Shown here piece by piece: positions 27,063 through 35,837 of a stretch of 64,000 nucleotides of DNA. The notes under the pieces were generated by a model. That model saw nothing but the letters and a program-made list of their open reading frames with translations. It was not told the DNA's origin and searched no databases. The DNA is from a virus, in IMG/VR virus record IMGVR_UViG_3300023184_000036; one strand, 5' to 3'. Position 1 is the stretch's first letter; every line of letters begins with the position of its first letter. A program made the translations under genes and the position numbers.

Positions 27063-30000
27063 GTTCTTATTGTAGTAGTTTGTCCATCTGGACCAGCACC
27101 GCCCCATGGAGCAATTACGTTACGGTCCATACCAGTGTTACTAATTTGTAACAATTGGTCATAAACATTACCCATTTTCTTTAATAAATTACTTAAAACT
27201 TTATTACCAAGTAATGTATTACGTAAACCTTCTATATTGCTTGGTGTAAGCTGTGCCAACATTTCTAGCATACCATAAGTCATTTGTTCTGTTGCAAATG
27301 GATTGCTATATTTTGTTGTTCCAATATCACCATAAAGAATCTTGTTTACAATGCCTAACATTGTTGTTACAAATAAATCATTATTGCTAAGAATTAAACC
27401 ACGATTTGTAATTTGTGCAAACTGATTTTGACTACGGTCTAATCCAATAATATACATTTTGTCACCAATAACAAGTATATTATTATCTACTGCTTGTTGT
27501 AGTGTAGTTAAACCAATATCTTCCAATACTTTTGGATTTGCTGCATCCCATTGTAAATCATAAAACATTTCATCAGCTTGTGCTGGTAACATTTTACTTG
27601 GGTCATAACCCTTACTTATTAACATTTGATTACGCATGTCAGCATATATTTCCTGATTAGTTTGTGGAATATATGTATCAGCTAAGAAATCAGGAACATC
27701 TGGTAAATTACCACTATATGTATCAAGATAGAAACCAGTAGGATCACGTAGATACTTACTATGCGGTAGCTTAAATCTCTCAACATCTACACCAAGACTT
27801 TGTAATGCTGCGGCGTTACGACCTTGACGCATTGCAGCTTTAATTGCATCACCATAAATGTTATCTTGTGCTACACGTTCAAGATAATCACCTATTTGTC
27901 CATACCCATTTTGTTGACCATAATAAGGTAAACCATCTGCAAATACATAGGCACTAATAGGTGTGTTTTGTGTAGGTGCAAAAATATCAACACCCATAGT
28001 TGTGCAGTGATGATTTTCTTTAAGTATTTGTGCACAACTTGCGGCATGTGCAGCTTCACTCGCTTGTATTGCTGCTTGGATTGTTGGATTAGTACTTGCT
28101 TTTATTACACTTAATTGTGCTTCTATACTTGCTATTTGTGCATTAACTGCATCATCAAGTGTTGTATAAATTGTTCCATTTATATTGATACTATCAGCAT
28201 TAGCTGGTTGACCACCGCCACCTGCATCACCCGATACATGATATGAACCAGTTAATAATTTATTAAGAACAGTTATACGAGCATTAAGTTCCTGTCCATC
28301 AGCAGTTCCCATCAAAATATTATTAGCATTTGTAATAATAGGAAGTGTATTATTATGTACATAACCAGCAGGTGTTCCAATAAAATCTGCCATGGTAAGT
28401 TCACCAATACTACCACCACCAAAACCAAATGTTTGATTTAAGGTATCCATTGCGGGTTGATATGTTGGTGTGCTCATTTGACTAATGTGGTTAAGATCAA
28501 AACCAGCATCAGTTTTTGCAAGTGCTGTTCCAATTTCATCAAATGTTTTTGCTTTGGTAACACCAAGACTTGTCAAGTGTTGACCTAAATCACCGAATGA
28601 TTTGCTTGGTCCAGTAGCATGAAGGTCTGGACACATATAACTCATATTAGTTAACTGTCCAAGATTATCTATTTGCTTACCTAAATTAAAATGACTACTA
28701 ACAGCACCTATTGCAGTAGGATCATTTATACTTGCAAGAATAGATTGAACTTTTGCATCATATTGTGGATTATCAATACCAGCAATAGGAATATTATTTT
28801 TTACAAGTTGTGCTGTAAGACCTGTTGTATTTCCTAAACCTGCATTGAGAATTTGTTTTGCAACACGTGCAGGTTGTTGTAATCGCAACATATTTGTTGT
28901 ATCAAATGTTCCAAGATTTTGTAAATTACTTGCGGCTGCTGGTAGATTACTTGTAAGTGAACTCATACCATAGCTAATAACACCATTGTTATTCACAAAG
29001 TTTGCACCCATACCGCCTGGTCCATTAGCACCAAAACGCAGTGCGGCGGCTTCTGCTGCTGCACCAACCATGCTGTTACTAATTCCACTCATTGCATTTG
29101 ATAGACCCATTGTTTGGACAAAACTTGCACTTGCACCTGCGGCGGCACCTGCAACCATATTTGTTCCCACTCGTTGAATCATACCATTTAATCCACCATT
29201 AGCTGCAAATTGTTGAACAGCATTTGGCAAATTTAGAGGATTACGTATTACAGCATTAAGTGGTCCTAAAAATCCACCAACCGCACCACCTAATGCACCG
29301 CCTACACCACCACTTATAATTTGTGTAATTTCACGTGGTAATACACCAGTTAAACTTGGTAGTATACCACCACCAATGTTAGATAATTTATCAAACATTC
29401 CACCAGATAGTTGATTAATTGGTCCAGCGACTTGCCCAAGAACTTGACTTAATCCACCACCAAGAAGTCCACCTGCTTGACTTAATGCGCTGCCCATAAG
29501 TCCAGTGATTCCCGAACCGCCTAATACACTTGTTGCTACTGAAAGTGCAGTATTAATTGCGGCACCAATACCACCAAGTAAACCTGCAGCAGCAACCGCA
29601 CCAAATATTCCTACACCTGCGCTTGCACAGCCTGCACCTGTTCCAGATGTTGTTTGTAATTGTTGAGAATTAATTTGCTGGCTTGGTCCACCTTTTGTTG
29701 CACCACTTGGGGGAGTTCCATCTAAAGCCGCTTGTGCTTCTTGAATTCTTCTTGACACTAATCTTGGATCACTGGTAGTAGTGTTAAGTGCCAAAATTTC
29801 TTTATTCATTGCAACTGCACGTTCATCTGGGTCTGAAATTGCAGCAGCCTGTAATACTTTGTTATAACAAGTAGCATTTTGCCCATAGTTGTAAGATAAA
29901 CTTGTAAGTGCAAACTGTTGGCCAGGTGTTAAATTATCAAAATTACCACCATAACTAGCAACTCTAGTTGACATGGCTGGTCCATCAACATTTTGCAATC

Positions 30001-30205
30001 GGTAATCTAGTAAATCACTTGCTTGTTGTTCTGTGATAGTATCGCCTGGTTGAACACGTTGATTATTTGGATAATATTCATTTCCATAACCAATAGTCCA
30101 GTGAAGAGTACCATCACTAGCTCTAATTTGATAAGCTGCAAGTTTCTTACCTTCAACCGCTTGCATACCAGATTTTGTAAAAGTGTAATCATTATACTGT
30201 GTCAT
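27059..30205 (-). CDS. Large tail/baseplate protein with N-terminal phage lysozyme (GH24-like) domain
   Basis: EGKKLAAY...D...WTIGYG, QFALTSLSYNYG and LVSRRIQEA motifs; Gly/Ala-rich helical middle. Confidence 0.7.
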   Translation of the reverse strand: MTQYNDYTFTKSGMQAVEGKKLAAYQIRASDGTLHWTIGYGNEYYPNNQRVQPGDTITEQQASDLLDYRLQNVDGPAMSTRVASYGGNFDNLTPGQQFALTSLSYNYGQNATCYNKVLQAAAISDPDERAVAMNKEILALNTTTSDPRLVSRRIQEAQAALDGTPPSGATKGGPSQQINSQQLQTTSGTGAGCASAGVGIFGAVAAAGLLGGIGAAINTALSVATSVLGGSGITGLMGSALSQAGGLLGGGLSQVLGQVAGPINQLSGGMFDKLSNIGGGILPSLTGVLPREITQIISGGVGGALGGAVGGFLGPLNAVIRNPLNLPNAVQQFAANGGLNGMIQRVGTNMVAGAAAGASASFVQTMGLSNAMSGISNSMVGAAAEAAALRFGANGPGGMGANFVNNNGVISYGMSSLTSNLPAAASNLQNLGTFDTTNMLRLQQPARVAKQILNAGLGNTTGLTAQLVKNNIPIAGIDNPQYDAKVQSILASINDPTAIGAVSSHFNLGKQIDNLGQLTNMSYMCPDLHATGPSKSFGDLGQHLTSLGVTKAKTFDEIGTALAKTDAGFDLNHISQMSTPTYQPAMDTLNQTFGFGGGSIGELTMADFIGTPAGYVHNNTLPIITNANNILMGTADGQELNARITVLNKLLTGSYHVSGDAGGGGQPANADSININGTIYTTLDDAVNAQIASIEAQLSVIKASTNPTIQAAIQASEAAHAASCAQILKENHHCTTMGVDIFAPTQNTPISAYVFADGLPYYGQQNGYGQIGDYLERVAQDNIYGDAIKAAMRQGRNAAALQSLGVDVERFKLPHSKYLRDPTGFYLDTYSGNLPDVPDFLADTYIPQTNQEIYADMRNQMLISKGYDPSKMLPAQADEMFYDLQWDAANPKVLEDIGLTTLQQAVDNNILVIGDKMYIIGLDRSQNQFAQITNRGLILSNNDLFVTTMLGIVNKILYGDIGTTKYSNPFATEQMTYGMLEMLAQLTPSNIEGLRNTLLGNKVLSNLLKKMGNVYDQLLQISNTGMDRNVIAPWGGAGPDGQTTTIRT

Positions 30206-30206
30206 G

Positions 30207-31478
30207 TTAATTCACATTTGTTGGTTTAAAAGTTGGTGGTGTCCATCCGACATTTGCAGAAACATAAACTTCGGCAACGGCGTTTAGTGTTCCTGGTATT
30301 GCTATTGGTGCACCAGTTGGAACTAATTTACGCAAACCTTTTGCTTCTCTACGTAAATTAAAATCTTGATTACTTGTTAAATTTTGTGGATATGTTTTTG
30401 CTGCATCAATTGGACTACTTGTATTATAATATTGTTTTGCCAAATCATGAGAATCAGTTACACGTGAAATATTTGCACCAATCAATCGTGCCGCAGTATC
30501 AGCACTTGTTTGTGGAATTGCTTTTGCAACAGTTGAATGAAAGAATTGTGTATCATCACCCAAAGCTGCATCTTTTAATGCATCACCATTGTATAATGAA
30601 TCTTTTACATAAGTCAAATCTGTAGAGAATACACCTTGATTTACATCAAAATCCTGAACAACATAATCTAGACCACTTGTAGTAAATGAACTACCCAAAG
30701 TATAATTGTTTGTATAACTATTACCAGTTTTTTTATAAATGGTTGCTGGTAAATTTACAGGTATACCAGTTACACTATCACGAATTGGTGGATGATAATT
30801 GTTTACTACTGCTACATTTGGTATTAAACCGCTTTGTGCCCAACGAAACATCTGGCTGTTTATTGTATATAAACCAACAACTGTATTTGGTATATCTGGT
30901 GCACTTTGTGGTCCATAACCTTCATAATTAAAAAATGATGCATTAGTTGTGCCAGTAAAATATTGTATGTTACTAACGTTAGCTACACTATTTGCATTTA
31001 AATACAAACTTGTATTGCTTATAATATATTCTACACGCCCAAGATAAATGTTGCTATATGAAGTTGTTGTAGAATTTGAAACCAAACTATTTACATTTGT
31101 AACATAAAGTGTATCACCATAATTTAATTCTGTAATAAAGTGTGTGCTGTTTCCAGTAATGATTGCGCTGTTTACATTTGCAGTTATATTACCAGTTGTT
31201 CTATATACAAATGCTGGAACATTTGCATACATTGATTTGTAATGAAAATTAGTTGGATTTGTATTACTACTGATAGCAACATTTGCATTGGCAGTTAAGG
31301 TTATACTTGTATTACTATTAATATTACTGACATATCCAACAAATGTATTACTAACATTGCCAATAACGGCACCGAGTTGTAATTGTGTTAGAAATGTTGT
31401 TCCATAACCAATAACTGTTGTATTAGTTGTAAAACTTACAATATTACCTGTGCCGTTTGCATAACTTCCTAATGGCAT
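30207..31478 (-). CDS. Putative virion structural protein
   Basis: Repeated G-x-x-T-x-F-x-T-x-L-x-x-G-x-x modules; Asn/Thr-rich. Confidence 0.6.
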   Translation of the reverse strand: MPLGSYANGTGNIVSFTTNTTVIGYGTTFLTQLQLGAVIGNVSNTFVGYVSNINSNTSITLTANANVAISSNTNPTNFHYKSMYANVPAFVYRTTGNITANVNSAIITGNSTHFITELNYGDTLYVTNVNSLVSNSTTTSYSNIYLGRVEYIISNTSLYLNANSVANVSNIQYFTGTTNASFFNYEGYGPQSAPDIPNTVVGLYTINSQMFRWAQSGLIPNVAVVNNYHPPIRDSVTGIPVNLPATIYKKTGNSYTNNYTLGSSFTTSGLDYVVQDFDVNQGVFSTDLTYVKDSLYNGDALKDAALGDDTQFFHSTVAKAIPQTSADTAARLIGANISRVTDSHDLAKQYYNTSSPIDAAKTYPQNLTSNQDFNLRREAKGLRKLVPTGAPIAIPGTLNAVAEVYVSANVGWTPPTFKPTNVN

Positions 31479-31744
31479 TACATTCCTACCATTACACTTG
31501 CTTCATGTGGAATCATTCTGTGTCCACAAGCATCAAAACTTCCTAAAAATCCTTGCTCACGACCTTCAATGATTACACTTCTGCTACCTAATACAATAGG
31601 GTTTCCAGGATGTAAGTATGGGTGACCTGTAACATAATCACCCTTACGACTTGCACGACGACCTTGAACAATGACACTGACTGCACCCATAATGGCAAAA
31701 CCACCGCCATCATTGTAAGTTCCCATTTTTGCTGGTATTGGCAT
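31478..31744 (-). CDS. PAAR-like spike tip protein
   Basis: GAVSVIVQGRRASRKGD, H...H, GSRSVIIEG and CGH motifs. Confidence 0.8.
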   Translation of the reverse strand: MPIPAKMGTYNDGGGFAIMGAVSVIVQGRRASRKGDYVTGHPYLHPGNPIVLGSRSVIIEGREQGFLGSFDACGHRMIPHEASVMVGM

Positions 31745-31753
31745 ACTATCTCC

Positions 31754-32056
31754 TTAGATAGACTTTGCCAGCGTCAATCCTGTTGTTTTTGCAAGATACT
31801 GATTGGCAATGTCACTATCAGTAGCACCATATAACGCCACTGCACTCTTATTTAACATTACAGAATCTGTGGGTGGAATACTAAAAACTGCTGGTGCAAG
31901 ACCAAATCCACCTTGTGGTGTTGCAATCATGCATAGAGGTTTTGTAAGTTTATAAGTTGTTTCAGTTTCTTCTGCAATTCTACATATAATTTCTTCACCA
32001 GTAATAAGTTTAATAGTCATTACTTTACTGGGATCATTTGCTTTCTCTAATAACAC
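31754..32056 (-). CDS. Hypothetical protein (Sm-like fold typical of T4-like phages)
   Basis: TIKLITGEEII...KP...QY...TTGL pattern. Confidence 0.6.
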   Translation of the reverse strand: MLLEKANDPSKVMTIKLITGEEIICRIAEETETTYKLTKPLCMIATPQGGFGLAPAVFSIPPTDSVMLNKSAVALYGATDSDIANQYLAKTTGLTLAKSI

Positions 32057-32294
32057 GTTTTGCTTCCTGTAATTCGTTGTAAGATACTTTACTTAACCCT
32101 GTATAACCACCCTCTACTAAAAGTTTACCATTGTAGTAAATCTGTGGCATTGTTTTGTGACCTTCACCAATAAGAAAATCACGAACACCTTCTTCCATAA
32201 TATCTACTTCTGTAAAATCTTCGTTCCAACTTTTAAGTAGGGCTTTTGCACCATCGCAATATGGGCAATGATCTTTTGTATATAATGTAATCAT
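32034..32294 (-). CDS. Glutaredoxin
   Basis: CPYC, TMPQIY and GGYTGL motifs. Confidence 0.9.
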   Translation of the reverse strand: MITLYTKDHCPYCDGAKALLKSWNEDFTEVDIMEEGVRDFLIGEGHKTMPQIYYNGKLLVEGGYTGLSKVSYNELQEAKRVIRESK

Positions 32295-32308
32295 ATATTT
32301 TTTCCTTT

Positions 32309-33157
32309 TTAAAAATTACAAGATGATTTGCAAATAGGACGAGGGTTTGTTTGCAATTCTAAACTTATATCTAGTTTATCCGTATATTCAACTTCATACA
32401 TAAAACAGCAAGTAGATATTTTACCAGAAGCAGAAACATATAAACTTGGATATTCCAAGTGCATACAAGATTTTTCACTTTCAAAATGTGATGTTATTTT
32501 ATCATGAAAATGTTCTTTTTTAGACCATGAACTTAAGTTTAATAACTCACCTGTTTTATAATGTTTTGCATTTAAATTTACTCTAGGTCTTTTTTGTAAA
32601 ATAAAGTGATGAAATTTTAATTTTTTACTTAGCGCAAATGCTTTTTTTATTTGATGTTCATTATGTGCAAATGGTATAAATTGCCATACAGCGTTACCAC
32701 CACTAGAAATAAATGCATTTGCATTATCTATTATTTTTTTGAAATCTGTACCTTGGCGATAGATTTTATGTGTATCTTCTAAACCATCAATAGCAAAAAA
32801 TATTAAGTGTTCTGTACTCTTTATTTTTTTACCTAAATTACTCCACCACTCAGTTGTTTTAAAACTTCCATTAGTATGAATACGTATGAATAACTTTTTT
32901 TCTATCAAAAAATCTAATACTTCTGTAATATTTTTTGCAGCTAATGGATCACCAAAATTACCACATAACTGAATAGTTTCAAGATTTGGTAGAGTATATA
33001 TTATACTTGATAGTTTTTGTAAAGGCAAATCTTGTTCAATCAATCCATCAACTAATTTATATCCATCTATATTTCTTGGACATGATGGGCACCACGCATT
33101 GCATCTGCTTGACAATTCTACATGAAGCCATTTAACCGTATCTAAAAAATTATCCAT
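32309..33157 (-). CDS. Radical SAM protein with C-terminal Cys (twitch/SPASM-like) motif
   Basis: CNAWCPSC, CGNFGDP, HTNG and IDGLEDTH motifs. Confidence 0.85.
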   Translation of the reverse strand: MDNFLDTVKWLHVELSSRCNAWCPSCPRNIDGYKLVDGLIEQDLPLQKLSSIIYTLPNLETIQLCGNFGDPLAAKNITEVLDFLIEKKLFIRIHTNGSFKTTEWWSNLGKKIKSTEHLIFFAIDGLEDTHKIYRQGTDFKKIIDNANAFISSGGNAVWQFIPFAHNEHQIKKAFALSKKLKFHHFILQKRPRVNLNAKHYKTGELLNLSSWSKKEHFHDKITSHFESEKSCMHLEYPSLYVSASGKISTCCFMYEVEYTDKLDISLELQTNPRPICKSSCNF

Positions 33158-33584
33158 TGGTATTTTTATCTATTACACGTTGTCTTAAATCACTCGTGCT
33201 AAAACGATGTTCACGACGATTAAAGTAAAGTTCTATGCCACGTTTTTTACAAATATCACGACCAGTAAAATCCTTGTCACGATATTCTTCACCAAGTATA
33301 CGCACATTAATTGGATACATTGCAAGAATATCTTCTAAATCTGCTTCTGTTACATATGGAATAACTTCATCTACATAACGAACTGCAGCAAGTTGTGCAT
33401 GACGTTCTACAACAGTTTGCACTGGTTTGTTTTTAGTAGGACGATCTAATGTTGGATCAACTTGCAAACCACAAATAAGATAATCACAATGGTCTTTTGC
33501 TTCACGCAACATTGCTACATGACCAGCATGCAACAAATCCCACGCCGAACAAGTAAAACCTATCTTTTTTATATTGTTAATCAT
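33150..33584 (-). CDS. Cytidylyltransferase (TagD-like)
   Basis: FTCSAWDLLHAGH, YVDEVIPY and FSTSDLR motifs. Confidence 0.88.
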   Translation of the reverse strand: MINNIKKIGFTCSAWDLLHAGHVAMLREAKDHCDYLICGLQVDPTLDRPTKNKPVQTVVERHAQLAAVRYVDEVIPYVTEADLEDILAMYPINVRILGEEYRDKDFTGRDICKKRGIELYFNRREHRFSTSDLRQRVIDKNTNG

Positions 33585-33585
33585 T

Positions 33586-34695
33586 TTAAATTACTTCAAT
33601 TTTCCAATCTTTTGCTTTACCACGATTTGGTATTCTATTATGTAGATATGCGGCGTGAATGGTTGCAAAACTTAAATTTAATTTTTTACATAGTCCTTTT
33701 AGATTTCCAACCTGTTGATATACTTCACCCGTTGGGGATGTAAGTTTCCAATGGTTGCTAAAATAATGGTTTTCACCAGTCGGCATTATTCTATTTTCTT
33801 TAATTTTTTGTATTGTTTCTGGACTATGATGCTTGCCATACATTGGATTATTGCTGCCAGCAGTGAGTTCTCTAAACTTTGCACGAGTTTCTTCACTGTG
33901 TTTTTTAGGTCCATAACCGCCTCGTTCTTTTTGCAACTGTGATCTTTTTAATCGTTGCAATTCTGCACCTTCTTTGCCATATATTTCTTCGTAAGTTCTT
34001 CCCTTATGATTTGGTGGTCTTGCCTCTAAACATATATTTGTTAAAATACCATAAGGCTCATATCCCTTACGACCATATCGCAATATTAAATCTTCTTCCA
34101 TTTTATAAGCAAATTTTTCATCAATAATATCTTCTGCAAGATATTCTACTTGTGGTTCTAATCCTGCTTTTCTAATAGCATCAATTTTATTTTCTTTGTG
34201 AATATTATCACTTCTTGACATATCATAAAGATGTGTTTGTGCTCTTTTTCCAGTTCCCTTGCCAATATAGAAAGGCATATTGTTTCTTGGGTCTATGAGA
34301 GCATATATATAATACATAGTTTCAATCCCCTGATTATATTTATCAAGAGATAGAGAATATATATTATTTGTAATATATTTTTGTGTATTATTTTTTAATC
34401 TGGCAAATACATTTAATTTTCTTTTGTCGGCAAATGGGGTTATATCTATCAAGTTTCCATCATTATTCTGCCATATACTATGTAATATTGCTTGATACCC
34501 CCAAGCACTTTCCAAGAAATAATATCCAAGTATTCTTTCGCCCCCATGACTAAGAATATAATTTTTTACATTTGTGTGGCATATATTTTCTTCGCAACTT
34601 GCATCAGGATTGACTGGTATATTTCCAAGCCAATCACATCCAATATCACGAGCAAAATCAACAACTTCAGTTGTTGATGGTATAAACCAAATCAA
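33586..34695 (-). CDS. GIY-YIG homing endonuclease with NUMOD3-like repeats, fused to an N-terminal Cys-His-Asp domain
   Basis: YYIYALIDPRNNMPFYIGKG, KKHSEETRAK and NPMYGKHHSPET; internal ATG at 34317 with its own RBS and TAAATA. Confidence 0.8.
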   Translation of the reverse strand: MIWFIPSTTEVVDFARDIGCDWLGNIPVNPDASCEENICHTNVKNYILSHGGERILGYYFLESAWGYQAILHSIWQNNDGNLIDITPFADKRKLNVFARLKNNTQKYITNNIYSLSLDKYNQGIETMYYIYALIDPRNNMPFYIGKGTGKRAQTHLYDMSRSDNIHKENKIDAIRKAGLEPQVEYLAEDIIDEKFAYKMEEDLILRYGRKGYEPYGILTNICLEARPPNHKGRTYEEIYGKEGAELQRLKRSQLQKERGGYGPKKHSEETRAKFRELTAGSNNPMYGKHHSPETIQKIKENRIMPTGENHYFSNHWKLTSPTGEVYQQVGNLKGLCKKLNLSFATIHAAYLHNRIPNRGKAKDWKIEVI

Positions 34696-35789
34696 AGACT
34701 AAATCCCTTGAATGTATCATTAGATACATCTTGTTTGGTTCCGCCTATGACGTAACTGCTTATCTGCGTTTGCTGCGGGGCGACCTGAACATCAGCACCA
34801 GCAATCCACTTTTGTGTCCAAGGCAGTGGATTATTCTTTGTAGCATAAAGCTGACCAAGACCAACTGCTTGCATACGCTTGTTTGCAATAAACTCAACAT
34901 ATTCAGCAAGCAACTGATAGTTAAGACCAATCATAGAACCGTCCTTGAACAAGTATTGTGCCCAAGCCTTTTCTTGTTGAACTGCATCATCAAACAACTT
35001 GATGGCTTGTTCACGACATTCTACTTCAATCTTTTCATAGTCTGGATCATCTTTTGGAAGAATCTTTAATAATGATTGTGTGCCAGCAAGATGTAGATTT
35101 TCATCACGTGCAATGAACTTGATAATCTTTGCGTTGCCTTCCATCTTTTTCAACTCCGCAAATGCCCAACTACAAGCAAATGACACATAGAAACGCACAC
35201 CTTCAAGAATATTCACGCTCATAAGTGCAAGCCAAAGTGCTTTCTTATGTTCATACGAATTTGTTTGATTTCCAAGAGCATGATTATTATTCAAATCAAT
35301 TAGTTTGTCATAAAGTTCTGTGATATCACCAGCACAATCAACAATCTCTTGAATGTCCATCATTTCATCAAATACTTTGGATGGATTAGCATAAACGTTA
35401 CGGATGATGTGTGTATATGAACGAGAGTGAATTGTTTCACTAAATGTCCAAGTTGTAATCCAAGTTTCTAATTCTGGAAGTGAACAGATAGGACCAAATG
35501 CTACTGCTGGTGCACGACCTTGAACGCTGTCAAGTAGAATCTGGCGTTTAAGATTACTTGTAAAAATATGTTGTTCACTTGCTGTCAATTCTTTGAAATC
35601 TTTAGCATCACGAAGTGTATCAACTTCTTCTGGACGCCAAAAGAAACCCAACTGTTTATCAGTAAGTTTATCAAACTGTTTATACTTTAGGGTATCATAT
35701 CGTTGGATACTAACACCACCGTGCGGATCAAGAAATGCCAGTGACTTTGTATGGTCACTCTTATCATTTGCGTCAAATACTGTACTCAT
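34692..35789 (-). CDS. nrdB: Ribonucleotide reductase class Ia beta subunit
   Basis: FFWRPEEV, ETIHSRSY, LEGVRFYVSFACS and RDENLH motifs. Confidence 0.96.
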   Translation of the reverse strand: MSTVFDANDKSDHTKSLAFLDPHGGVSIQRYDTLKYKQFDKLTDKQLGFFWRPEEVDTLRDAKDFKELTASEQHIFTSNLKRQILLDSVQGRAPAVAFGPICSLPELETWITTWTFSETIHSRSYTHIIRNVYANPSKVFDEMMDIQEIVDCAGDITELYDKLIDLNNNHALGNQTNSYEHKKALWLALMSVNILEGVRFYVSFACSWAFAELKKMEGNAKIIKFIARDENLHLAGTQSLLKILPKDDPDYEKIEVECREQAIKLFDDAVQQEKAWAQYLFKDGSMIGLNYQLLAEYVEFIANKRMQAVGLGQLYATKNNPLPWTQKWIAGADVQVAPQQTQISSYVIGGTKQDVSNDTFKGFSL

Positions 35790-35837
35790 AACAACCTCTT
35801 TAAAATAATTATAACAAAATTATGTCGGTTGCACAAA

